Positions 19,367 to 28,956 of a DNA stretch of 64,000 nucleotides are shown here, one piece after another. Where the stretch lies: contig CAWHEP010000003.1 of the NCBI GenBank assembly GCA_963828525.1, forward strand, positions 96,001 to 160,000, read 5' to 3'. The position numbers and the translations under genes are program-made. Origin of the DNA: an uncultured Verrucomicrobiae bacterium. Lineage in GTDB: Bacteria > Verrucomicrobiota > Verrucomicrobiia > Chthoniobacterales > Chthoniobacteraceae. Each line of letters begins with the position of its first letter. Positions within the stretch are counted from its first letter, which is position 1. The notes beneath the pieces are model-generated. The model saw nothing but the letters and a program-made list of their open reading frames with translations, was not told the origin of the DNA and made no database searches.

Positions 19367-20175
19367 GCGAGACCACCACCACAGCAGCCTCGCAGATGAC
19401 ATCCGCGACCGAGGATGAAACCGTCGCCGGTCAGGGATCTCTCAAGAATATTTCGGCGATCGCGAAGCGGGAGATCACCGGATACTTTGCCTCTCCTGTG
19501 GCTTACGTGTTCATAGTAATCTTCCTGCTGCTCGCGGGCTTCTTCACGTTCATGGTTTCCGGCTTCTTTGAGCGCGGCCAGGCAAATCTGGAACCGTTCT
19601 TTTGGTCGCATCCGTGGCTTTATCTCTTTCTTGTTCCAGCAGTGGGGATGCGAATGTGGTCAGAGGAACGCCGCCTTGGGACGATGGAACTTCTCCTTAC
19701 GATGCCGATTACGCCGTGGCAGGCGATCATCGGCAAATTTCTGGCGTCGTGGCTGGTGCTCGCGGTCGCGCTGGTCCTTACCTTCCCAATCATCCTGACC
19801 GTTAATTACCTCGGGACGCCCGATAACGGAGTGATCCTGGGCGGGTATATAGGCAGCCTCCTCCTGGCTGGAGCTTATTTATCCGTTTCCGCCATGACAT
19901 CCGCGATGACGCGCAACCAAGTGGTGAGTTTCATCCTGTCGGTTGTCATCTGCCTGTTCCTGATCCTCGCGGGCTGGCCACCTGTTACAAACATGCTCGT
20001 GCATTGGGCGAGTCCGACGGTCGTGTCCGCAATCGCGGGCTTCAGCGTCATGACCCACTTCGAGAGCATCCAAAAGGGCGTGCTGGACTCCCGCGACATC
20101 CTCTTTTTCCTATCCGTCATCGCCTTTTGCCTGTTCGGCACAAGCGTAATCATCCGCGCTCACCGCGCGGGCTAG
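19363..20175 (+). CDS. ABC-2 exporter permease (GldF-like)
   Basis: KREITGYFASPVAY, MRMWSEERRLGTMELLLTMP, GVLDSRD. Confidence 0.88.
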   Translation: MSETTTTAASQMTSATEDETVAGQGSLKNISAIAKREITGYFASPVAYVFIVIFLLLAGFFTFMVSGFFERGQANLEPFFWSHPWLYLFLVPAVGMRMWSEERRLGTMELLLTMPITPWQAIIGKFLASWLVLAVALVLTFPIILTVNYLGTPDNGVILGGYIGSLLLAGAYLSVSAMTSAMTRNQVVSFILSVVICLFLILAGWPPVTNMLVHWASPTVVSAIAGFSVMTHFESIQKGVLDSRDILFFLSVIAFCLFGTSVIIRAHRAG

Positions 20176-20197
20176 CGGATACAATCACAACTTGGTC

Positions 20198-22087
20198 ATG
20201 AGAAAAAAACCCTTCGAGACTCTCGTCTACTCAGCCCTCGGCCTCGCGGCGATGTTCGTCATCCTGATCGCCGTGAATTTCATCGCGGCGCGCTTTAAGC
20301 AGCGGGTCGATCTGACCCAGGAAAAAGCCTATACCCTGTCGCATGGCACGAAGGCCATCCTCAAGAAGCTCGATACGCCCGTCCAGATCCGTCTCTATAG
20401 CAGCCGGGAAGAGGCCGGGATGCCGGTGTTCCTCAGAACGTATGCCCAACGCGTCGAGGACCTGCTTGGCGAGTATGTGCAAAATGGACATGGGCAGGTC
20501 ACTCTGCAGAAGCTGGATCCGGAGCCTGATTCAGACGCGGAAGATTCGGCGAAGCTGGACGGGGTGAACGGCCAACAACTGCCCGATGGTTCCAAGGTTT
20601 ATCTGGGCTTGAGCATTAGCATGCTCGACAAAAAACAAGCGATCTCCTTTCTCACGCCAGATCGGGAGCGGCTGCTGGAGTATGATGTCTCCCGCGCGCT
20701 ATCGCAGGTTATAACACCCGAGAAACCTGTGGTCGGGGTGATGAGCGCTCTCCCGGTGATGGGTGGTCCCCCGAGCAACCCGATGATGATGGAAATGGGG
20801 CAGCAGCAGGCGCCCCAGCCCGCGTGGGCGTTCATCACGGAACTCAAGAATGACTACGATGTGAAAAGCGTGGAGATGTCCGCGGATAAGATTCCTGAGG
20901 ACATAAAGGTGCTGCTTCTCATCCATCCAAAAGGGATTACTGACGCGGGCCAGTACGCGCTGGATCAGTTTATCCTACGCGGCGGGAAGCTTATAGCGTT
21001 CCTGGACCCACTCTGCGTGCTCGATAGGCAGAACCCAATGGGCGGAGAACCAAGTTCGTCCAACATCGACAAACTTCTGAAAGGATGGGGTGTGTCCTTG
21101 GATACCTCCAAGGTCGTCGCGGACATGAGTTATGTGGCCGAAACGCGGCAGGGCAAAGCCCCCACTGTGCTGGCGCTGACTCAAAATGCATTTAACAAGG
21201 ACGACATCCTCACCGCGGATGCCGACGACGCGGTTATGGCGTTCGCAGGCACATTCACCGGCACCCCGGTAAAGGGACTGAAGGAGGATATCCTCATAAG
21301 GTCATCGACTGAATCCCAACTCGTTGATCCCATGACGGCGCAAATGTCAGCGGAAGGCATCTCCAATGACTTCCATGCCTCTGGCACGGGATACCCGCTG
21401 GCAATCCGGCTGACCGGAAAGTTCGCGACAGCGTTCCCCGGGGGAGCTCCGGCGGCTGAGGCCAAGCCGAGCGCTCCGCCTTCCCCCCCCGCGCCGGTAA
21501 AACCTGGGTTAAAGGAGTCGGCCCAGGAGAACACGGTACTTCTCTTTGGAGACGTAGATATGCTGGAGGACCAGGTGGCTGTGCGCGCCATGCAGAACCC
21601 GTTTGGGCAAGACATGGTGATGCCAGCCAACGGGAATCTCGCGATCGCGGAGAACGCTGTGGATCAACTCACCGGTGACAGCAACCTGATCACGGTTCGC
21701 AGCCGCGCGTCCCGGGAGCGCCCTTTCACAGTGGTAAAGAAAATGCAGGAAGACGCGGAGGCAAATTACCGAGACAAGATCAAGGGACTGGAGGCCAGCC
21801 TTGCCGATACGCAAAACAAGATCAACGGCCTGCAGCAAGGGAAGGAAAGTCAGAACGGGCAGCAGTTCATCCTTTCTCCGGAGCAACAACAGGAGTTGGA
21901 AAAATTCCGGAAAACGGAGGCGAGCGCGAAGGTTGAACTGAAAGGCGTTCGTAAAACTCTTCGGGCCGAAATCGACTCGCTGGAAACCCGGCTCGAGTGG
22001 CTGAACATCGCGGGGATGCCCGCGCTGGTTGCCGCCTCGGGCATCCTGCTTGCAACGATGAAGCGTAACCGTTCCTCGGCACAATGA
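20198..22087 (+). CDS. ABC transporter auxiliary periplasmic component (GldG-like)
   Basis: RVDLTQEKAYTLS, LEYDVSRAL, ALDQFILRGGKLIAFLDP, C-terminal coiled coil plus TM. Confidence 0.85.
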   Translation: MRKKPFETLVYSALGLAAMFVILIAVNFIAARFKQRVDLTQEKAYTLSHGTKAILKKLDTPVQIRLYSSREEAGMPVFLRTYAQRVEDLLGEYVQNGHGQVTLQKLDPEPDSDAEDSAKLDGVNGQQLPDGSKVYLGLSISMLDKKQAISFLTPDRERLLEYDVSRALSQVITPEKPVVGVMSALPVMGGPPSNPMMMEMGQQQAPQPAWAFITELKNDYDVKSVEMSADKIPEDIKVLLLIHPKGITDAGQYALDQFILRGGKLIAFLDPLCVLDRQNPMGGEPSSSNIDKLLKGWGVSLDTSKVVADMSYVAETRQGKAPTVLALTQNAFNKDDILTADADDAVMAFAGTFTGTPVKGLKEDILIRSSTESQLVDPMTAQMSAEGISNDFHASGTGYPLAIRLTGKFATAFPGGAPAAEAKPSAPPSPPAPVKPGLKESAQENTVLLFGDVDMLEDQVAVRAMQNPFGQDMVMPANGNLAIAENAVDQLTGDSNLITVRSRASRERPFTVVKKMQEDAEANYRDKIKGLEASLADTQNKINGLQQGKESQNGQQFILSPEQQQELEKFRKTEASAKVELKGVRKTLRAEIDSLETRLEWLNIAGMPALVAASGILLATMKRNRSSAQ

Positions 22088-23407
22088 ACGCGAAACAACT
22101 TTTTTTGCTCCTGTTGCTTGTGCTGGTGCTCGGCGGCGCTGGTCTGATGCTGCGCAAAAACAGCTCCGAGTCCTGGCAAAGCTCTGCTGAGAATACGGAA
22201 CGAGTTGTCTCCTTTCCACTCAATGACGCGCTGCATATCACCATAAAGGACAGCACAGGCGCCGCGGATATTCTGAAGAAGAATGACGTCTGGACGGTGC
22301 AACAAAGGGAATACCCCGCAAGTTTTGAACAGGTAAGCGCGTTGTTGCGGAAAACATGGGAGCTGAAGCCGGTGCAGGACGTGAAGGTGGGCGCCTCCCA
22401 GCTGGGGCGGCTTGATCTTCTTCAATCCGGCCCCGGACAGGGCACATTAGTGGATCTCCGGGGCGACGGTGGAAAATCCGTCGCCAGCTTGTTGCTTGGC
22501 AAGAAGTTGATGAAGAAAATGGAGGGTGGATACGAGGGAGGAGGCGATTACCCAGCAGGCCGCTATGTGATGAACAATGACGGTTCGAACCATGTGTGGC
22601 TCGTGTCGGAAACGCTGGAAGAAGCCTCCGCCGACCCGGCAAAGTGGCTGGACAAGACTTTCATCCAGGTAAATAGCCCGCGCGCGCTGGCGCTGAGCGG
22701 CACCAGCGCAGCCTTCCAATGGAAGCTGTCCCGGGACTCCGATGGGGCGAACTGGCAGCTAGCCGATACAGTGAAAGCCGGAGAGTCAGCGGATACCACG
22801 AAGACAGGTTCCCTCTCCTACGCGCTGAGCGCCCCCGTTTTTGTGGATGTGCTGCCGGCGAGCGCAAAGCCTGAAGCTTCGGGACTGGACAAGCCCTCCA
22901 CCCTCTCAGCAGAAACGTTTGACGGCTTTACCTATACGCTGAAAGTGGGCGCCGCCTCGTCCGACCGGTATCCGGTAACGGTCGGAGTCACCGGGGCATT
23001 CGCGCTAAAGCGAGCCGCAGTCAAAGGTGAGAAGGCGGAGGACAAAACGAAAGCCGACAAGGATTTCGAGACGAAGCTGAAAGGCTTTCAGGACAAGCTG
23101 GCGAAGGAGAAAAAACTTGAGGGGCGCATCTACCTGGTTGAGAAGTCGGTGCTGGACCCGCTGTTAAAGGCGCGTGACGAATTCCTGAACAAGCCTTCCC
23201 CCACGCCCAGTCCCTCACCTTCTCCCGTCGCGGCGCCAGCCTTGAGTGGAAGCTCGGCGAACATACCCCCCGCGGTCTCGCCCGCGCCAGCGAGCGCTCC
23301 CGCCCCGGTTGTCCCACCGCCGCCACAGCCATCGCCCGCGCCGACCGCCAGGGGCTCCTATCGCAGCGCCGACAGCTTCAGCGGCAAAGCCTGCCGGAAC
23401 GCCCTAG
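22084..23407 (+). CDS. DUF4340-like membrane-anchored protein with Pro/Ala-rich tail (apparent frameshift near 23350)
   Basis: N-terminal TM and usual fourth position in GldA/F/G-like operons. The Pro/Ala tail continues in another frame as APIAAPTASAAKPAGTP* (TAG 23405-23407). Confidence 0.65.
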
Positions 23408-23499
23408 CTCATCGTCGTTTCGCGCTTCCCACGTCTTTGCGATGGGGCCTCGCCACGGCTCCCTTGAAGAACGCCGTCTCAGCCGATACCTTCACCATT

Positions 23500-24561
23500 G
23501 TGGCTGACCGAATAAAAATCGCGTTTCTCGAGACGGAAACCAGCGAGCGAAGCGTTTTTGAGGAGGCGCTCGCCCAGCATGATCTCCGCTTCGAGTACGC
23601 TTTGAAGGAAGTCTCCCCCGAGGCGCGCATCGTTTCGGGGTTCCTCAACTCGGAAATCGACGAAGAGTTCCTGCGAAGCCATCCCGCCGTCAAAATGATT
23701 GCGGCTCGCTCGACGAGCTGCGATCACATCGACCTCGCCGCTTGCCAAAAGCGGAACGTTGTCGTTTGCAACGTGCCGAGCTACGGCAACCATACCGTCG
23801 CGGAACACACATTCGCCCTCATTCTCGCGGCCTCGCGCCGCCTCCGTGAAGCGATGGAAAGCCACAAGCGCCGCAAATTTTCCTACGAAGACATGCGCGG
23901 GTTTGAGCTTCGCGGGAAGACCTTGGGCGTAATCGGCGCTGGACGCATCGGGCAGAATACCATGCGATTTGGAAAGGCCTTCGGCATGAATCCCATCGCC
24001 TTCGACCTGGAACAGAATGCCGACGCGGCAAAAACCGTGGGCTTCCGATATGTGGCGTTGGATGAACTTCTGGCTCAATCCCATGTCATATCGCTGCACA
24101 CGGCGCTGACTCCGCAGACCTTCCACATGATGGACAGCGCCGCGTTCGCGAAATGCCGGAGAGGTGTCGTTATCGTGAATACCGGTCGCGGCGCTTTGAT
24201 CGATACGGACGCGCTGGTGCTGGCGTTGGATGAAGGGATTGTGGCGGGCGCGGCGCTGGATGTCCTGGAGGAAGAACTCGTCATGCGAAAGGACGCGTCG
24301 CACATCATCAGCGACCAGATTGTGGATCACATCCACGCCGCGGCGGGAGAATTGCGGGCGCAAGACCCGTCACGGATCACCCAGTTGCGGGCGCTGATTC
24401 GCAACCAAAGCCTGCTGGAGCGGCCCAACGTCTTTTTTACTCCACACGTCGCTTTCAACACGGTGGAGACCATTCGCCAGATCAGCCGCGCCACGGTGGA
24501 TAATATCAACGCTTTTTTAACCGGCCATCCTGTCAATCTGGTCCCCGCCGCTGTGCTCTAA
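23500..24561 (+). CDS. D-isomer-specific 2-hydroxyacid dehydrogenase (D-lactate dehydrogenase-like)
   Basis: NVPSYG, VAEH, GVIGAGRIG, ISLH, NTGRG, ALDVLEEE, TPHVAF; probable GTG start at 23500. Confidence 0.85.
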   Translation: MADRIKIAFLETETSERSVFEEALAQHDLRFEYALKEVSPEARIVSGFLNSEIDEEFLRSHPAVKMIAARSTSCDHIDLAACQKRNVVVCNVPSYGNHTVAEHTFALILAASRRLREAMESHKRRKFSYEDMRGFELRGKTLGVIGAGRIGQNTMRFGKAFGMNPIAFDLEQNADAAKTVGFRYVALDELLAQSHVISLHTALTPQTFHMMDSAAFAKCRRGVVIVNTGRGALIDTDALVLALDEGIVAGAALDVLEEELVMRKDASHIISDQIVDHIHAAAGELRAQDPSRITQLRALIRNQSLLERPNVFFTPHVAFNTVETIRQISRATVDNINAFLTGHPVNLVPAAVL

Positions 24562-24588
24562 CTCATTGCCCTCCTACGGACCTTCTTC

Positions 24589-24861
24589 GTGAATCGCTCC
24601 CAACTCCTCGATCACTATTTCATCGACGCCCGCGCCAGGCTAATCGATCTCGGCGCGTTTATGGACCGGGTTCAGCGGGCTGACGGCGCGGAGGATTTTC
24701 GCATGGAGGCCTTTCGCCATGCCTGCGAGATTCTCCTTTCCGCCGAGCCGGAAAAAGCCGCGCGCATTCTTCGCGCTTTCAGTGATCTCTCCGTGGCGCC
24801 GGTCGCGAGCGCGGGAAAACCAGCCTGCGGCGCCGCGCGGGTAAAAGAGCAGACGCCTTAA
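24589..24861 (+). CDS. Conserved-looking hypothetical protein (90 aa)
   Basis: GTG-started ORF ([23 protein letters not shown]) 14 bp upstream of the hydrolase gene. Confidence 0.65.
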   Translation: MNRSQLLDHYFIDARARLIDLGAFMDRVQRADGAEDFRMEAFRHACEILLSAEPEKAARILRAFSDLSVAPVASAGKPACGAARVKEQTP

Positions 24862-24875
24862 AGAGCTTTCCGGTC

Positions 24876-25699
24876 ATGCGCTACATCGAACCGCACGCGC
24901 ACATGGTCAGCCGTGTCACGGATGATTATGTCGCGATGGCGATGGCCGGATGCCAGGCAATCTGTGAACCTGCTTTCTGGGCCGGTTTTGACCGGGGCAG
25001 CGCCCACGGTTTCCGCGACTACTTTCGGCAACTGACCGAATACGAGCCGCGCCGCGCGGCAAAGTTCGGTCTGCCGCACTATTGCTGGCTTTGCATCAAT
25101 CCCAAGGAGTCCGAAGACCTGGGCCTTGCAAATGAAGTTCTCGCCATCATTCCCGAGTTCCTGCAGGCGCCGAATGTGCTTGGCATTGGCGAGATTGGCC
25201 TGAACAAGAACACGCGCAACGAGATGGCCATCCTGGAAAAGCACGTCGATCTAGCCGCCGAACATGACCAATTGATTCTGGTTCACACACCTCACCTGGA
25301 AGACAAGTTGAAGGGCACAAGACTGATCCTGGACCTGTTGAAAGCCGACCGGAGGATAAATCCCGGGCGTGTCATCATCGACCACGCGGAGGAACACACG
25401 ATCCCCCTCATTCTGGATGCCGGCTTCTGGGCCGGTCTTACCCTTACCCGGAATCGAAATGCACCCCCGCCCGGGCGGTGGATATCGTGGAGACCCACGG
25501 CTCGGAAAGGGTATGGCTAAACTGCGCCTGCGACTGGGGTAACAGCGATCCCCTCGCCGTCCCCAAAGCTGCAATCGAGATGAGAAGAAGAGGGCATTCG
25601 GAGGAGCAGATAGATCGACTCCTGTTTGAAAATCCACATCGTTTTCTCTCCCAGTGTCCGAAGTTTCAAGTCGCCGGTGCGAGTCAAACTCAGGAATAA
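24876..25699 (+). CDS. TatD-related TIM-barrel metal-dependent hydrolase (apparent frameshift near 25445)
   Basis: EPHAH, GINPKE-like (CINPKE), [16 protein letters not shown]; continues in another frame as YPESKC...[16 protein letters not shown]. Confidence 0.82.
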
Positions 25700-25774
25700 G
25701 GGCCAAGCCACGTCAACTCATTCAAAGACACCATTAATGTCAACTGTTGAGATACGACCCCGAAACTCTTACCC

Positions 25775-25917
25775 AAGGCGGTGCTGGTGGAGGGCAGCGG
25801 CTGCTACTACGAGAGCCTGCTGGACTACGTCCATCTTAACCCTGTGCGAGCGGGCATCATCAAGCCCGGAAAGGAGCAGAGCGTGATGGACTATCCCTGG
25901 AGCAGCGTGGCAGGGGG
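25775..25917 (+). mobile_element. Remnant of a REP-associated (IS200/Y1-type, RAYT-like) tyrosine transposase
   Basis: KAVLVE...LLDYVHLNPVRAG...DYPWSS; the N-terminal HUH part is absent. Confidence 0.75.
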
Positions 25918-26112
25918 AGAATACATCAGTGGATCTGAACTGGATTTCCGAACGTTTAGCGATGAGCAGCGCAGCAAACGCGAGCCAGCAGATTCGCAGG
26001 AGCAGGTCGCGCGAACCGAGACTGCCCAAAGCCCTTCACCAATGGATAGAGCTGTTGAGAAATGCAGCCTGACCCCCAGAAAACATTCCCTTGCGGAAAG
26101 CCTGCAAGGAAA

Positions 26113-26505
26113 GACTCTCCGGCTTAATCCATCGTAGGTGAATTCAGAGCGCAAGTTTCCGGGTTCGTTGACGGCGGTGAGCCGGTTCGCGGCATCCCAC
26201 TCGTAAGTCTGGGTTCCGTCGTTTAGCAGGTTGCCGTCGGGGTCGTAGGTGAGGGTCTGGTTTGTTCCGCTCGTCGCAACAACCTGCCATGTGTGTGTGG
26301 TCGTGTTACCGGCGGCGTCTTTGGCACTGATCTGGATATTGTTCGTGCCGGTGGTGGCCGTGGTAACTGAGGTTGCAGTGACTCTGCCCCCCAGGAGATT
26401 GGGCACGGGATTTAACCCGGATGCTAACTCGGCTGGGTCCCCCACTCGGCTCAGCCAAGGCGGCGCGCTCCCGTTCAGATGCTCGCGAGTCGAGTTGCAA
26501 TGCAC
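26113..26505 (-). pseudogene. Rhs cassette 5: shared leader plus Rhs-core stub, truncated before the toxin tip
   Basis: ATTGTNNIQ...EFTYDGLSRRV is near-identical to the other cassettes; homology stops at 26113. Confidence 0.8.
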
Positions 26506-26700
26506 AGTGATATTTCTGCCAGAACACGGACAGAATGGCAAATTCCATCGGATAGCATAACCGCGCTTCGCACCTCCCGCGGGGCTTTGCAGGCAGCTAT
26601 TGTGTCCCTGCCGGTCGGCGTAGAGCATCCAGCGACCTTGATCGACCGAACGCAAACCCACTCGCATATCAAGAAGCAAACGCCGACCCCTCTGAGCTTC
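26381..26700 (-). repeat. Inter-cassette leader element, copy A
   Basis: Aligns by eye with 29995-30305 and 31857-31993 (GGATTYAAnCCGGATG, AATGCACAG, CTGCCAGAACAC, GGCAAATTCCA, ATATCAAG-AAACGC). Confidence 0.75.
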
Positions 26701-26764
26701 CCGAGACGCGAGCGTAACGCAGCAACACGATAGCTGAAACTGCGCCGCGGTGTTACTGCGGAGA

Positions 26765-27256
26765 TCACGGGGTTCCGTATCCAAACTGGAGACTTTCAAG
26801 CCAAGGCACAACCGCGAACAATAGGCCTGTTGTCATGGCTACACAAAGCTGACATCGTGTAAACGGCTGTCCTAACCAAGAATAACTTAAAACCACCGTT
26901 GTATAAATAACGCTTGCCGCGCAGGTCCATATTCCGACGGTTCCAATGCGAAGGTCATGAGCGGCCATCAACAAAGCAATACTCTCGACACCCATGAATA
27001 GGGCTCCACTCGCGAAAATCGCATACAGCGCACGAGACATTCCTTTTTTGTGATAAATACCCCACAGCGAAGCTAACCCTATAGAACAAAACACCGCTTC
27101 TCTGATAAATTCAACATAATCGGAAAGATTAATTGCAGCGTACGCACGCTCTTCCTGAATTGACATGATACTCATTGCCATCAAACAAGCTATGAAGATA
27201 GCCTGGAAAAGAAGCAGCGTGCTCAGGAGCCACGTCTTATTACTGGGCGACCCCAT
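26765..27256 (-). CDS. Candidate immunity protein for cassette 4 (multi-TM)
   Basis: Low-GC hydrophobic ORF whose start overlaps the toxin stop by 17 bp. Confidence 0.7.
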   Translation of the reverse strand: MGSPSNKTWLLSTLLLFQAIFIACLMAMSIMSIQEERAYAAINLSDYVEFIREAVFCSIGLASLWGIYHKKGMSRALYAIFASGALFMGVESIALLMAAHDLRIGTVGIWTCAASVIYTTVVLSYSWLGQPFTRCQLCVAMTTGLLFAVVPWLESLQFGYGTP

Positions 27257-28391
27257 TTATATAAGTAGTCGTTGTGCTATAAAAGGGAATCGGAACCGTG
27301 ACGTCGGTAAAAGGGAGATGCCTCAGATTCTGATTCTGCCCTGTGACCGGAACGGTAGGTAAGGCTTTGCTTACAGCTTTCGCGATGTTGTCGGGATCTG
27401 TGGGAAGTCCAGAATTACATCCATGTAAGGTTATTGTCGCATTCGTTGATAACTTGTTGTGCAACAAATCCGACAGCGTCGGATCAGCCTTATTTGACAA
27501 GGGGTCAAATAAATATGGCTGTCCGTTAGCGTTAAGCAATATAGAACCCTGTGAGGCGGAAGTGCCTAGATCCTGGGTATCCCCTCCGCCAGCCGCGTCC
27601 GGGCTGGAATGACCATCAACCGTTATGTTAGCTATAGTGTTGTTTCCAGCGGCGCTGACAACGTTGGTAAACTCCGAAGCATTACTGGCGCTTTGCGTGC
27701 TGCCATCCGTGAACGTGAAATGAGCATCTAAGCCTAGTGGATCGATTAAGTTCGCAGGGTCATTCATTACGTAACCATAAAGATTGATCCCACCTCGCTC
27801 CCCGAGTGGATCGCGGCTGATCCACCTTCTTAGGTCAGCGTTATAGCCGCGGTATAATGTCAGGGCCAAGCCGCTCGGGGCGTGCCAGTAGTCGCCAGTG
27901 AACCCGAAGTCCGCAGCCATGCTTCCACTGAGCTTTATGCGCCTACCGTATGGGTCGTAACTGTACCGCGCTTGGATTACGCCTGAACTGTCCGTCAGTT
28001 CGCGGACTGACCCGAGATGATCCCGAGTATAAAAGTAGTTTGACCCGGAAATCTGCATTCCCTGCGGATAATAGCGCCTCGTGACGCTATTGGAGGCGTC
28101 GCGTTCCTCGCAGATTTCCGTGCCGCACCAGAGCAGGTTCTTCGTGCTGGTGACAGCGCCGTTGCTTTTCTCAACAATCTTGACATCCCACTCGTAAGTC
28201 TGCGTTCCGTCGTTTAGCAGGTTGCCGTCGGGATCATAGGTGAGGGTCTGGTTTGTTCCGCTCGTGGCAACGACCTGCCATGTGTGTGTGGTCGAGTTAC
28301 CAGCAGCATCCTTGGCGGTGATCTGGATGTTATTCGTGCCTGTGGTGGCCGTGACTGTTCCCACAAAACTGGTTCCCGTCACTACGGCGGC
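27240..28391 (-). CDS. Orphan Rhs cassette 4: Rhs core with 78-bp in-frame deletion, plus caspase/C80-like tip
   Basis: RDHLGSVRE, YDPYG, RWISRDP, DPLGL cleavage motif, then ITVDGH...ITLHGCNSG. No convincing start codon. Confidence 0.75.
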   Translation of the reverse strand, partial: AAVVTGTSFVGTVTATTGTNNIQITAKDAAGNSTTHTWQVVATSGTNQTLTYDPDGNLLNDGTQTYEWDVKIVEKSNGAVTSTKNLLWCGTEICEERDASNSVTRRYYPQGMQISGSNYFYTRDHLGSVRELTDSSGVIQARYSYDPYGRRIKLSGSMAADFGFTGDYWHAPSGLALTLYRGYNADLRRWISRDPLGERGGINLYGYVMNDPANLIDPLGLDAHFTFTDGSTQSASNASEFTNVVSAAGNNTIANITVDGHSSPDAAGGGDTQDLGTSASQGSILLNANGQPYLFDPLSNKADPTLSDLLHNKLSTNATITLHGCNSGLPTDPDNIAKAVSKALPTVPVTGQNQNLRHLPFTDVTVPIPFYSTTTTYINGVAQ

Positions 28392-28432
28392 TTCAGTGCG
28401 CACCCGGCGTTGGGAGACCTGTGGACACCAGC

Positions 28433-28936
28433 TCATACAGCACTTTGGGCAAACGCCCGCTGAAGTTCTTGTGGAAACTCGAAATGCGCCAGCCATGATG
28501 CGGCGTCACGCCTCGCGGCCCTCTCCAAAGCACCCCATTCGACGCCCACAGGCTGCGTGCCCGCAGACCGTATCATTCTGTTGATAAAAGCGGCGTAAAC
28601 AATATAACTCGCAATTCCTTGAACATCCCACTCCATGAAATTCTTGCCGATGCCCAATATTCCGAAGGCTGGCAGCCACGCTCCATTGCCAGGCAGATCG
28701 ATCAGCCATGTCACCCGAGGCATGCCGAAGAACTGCGCCAGCGAAGCGTCTCTATGGGAGACAAGCAAGTGCGCGTCATGACACATCGCGACAAAGCGGT
28801 TATTCCCCATTACCAGAAATCCCTCCATGCGCACGCGCTGATATCTAAAGATGATGCTTAATACAAGATAGAGACCCCTCATGAGTTGTGAGGCCAGCGT
28901 CGAAGCTCCCTGAATCAATACAACGCGCAGCGGCAT
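28433..28936 (-). CDS. Candidate immunity protein for cassette 3 (boundaries uncertain)
   Basis: ORF starting 20 bp after the cassette-3 stop, partly hydrophobic; may contain an indel. Confidence 0.45.
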   Translation of the reverse strand: MPLRVVLIQGASTLASQLMRGLYLVLSIIFRYQRVRMEGFLVMGNNRFVAMCHDAHLLVSHRDASLAQFFGMPRVTWLIDLPGNGAWLPAFGILGIGKNFMEWDVQGIASYIVYAAFINRMIRSAGTQPVGVEWGALERAARRDAASWLAHFEFPQELQRAFAQSAV

Positions 28937-28956
28937 GGTGCGAGGTTAAGGAGGGA

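Noticed and set aside
22084..24561. 825-aa DUF4340-dehydrogenase fusion ORF
   Set aside because: The Pro/Ala tail continues naturally in another frame to a stop at 23407, and the joining peptide looks like translated intergenic DNA. Likely an indel artefact.
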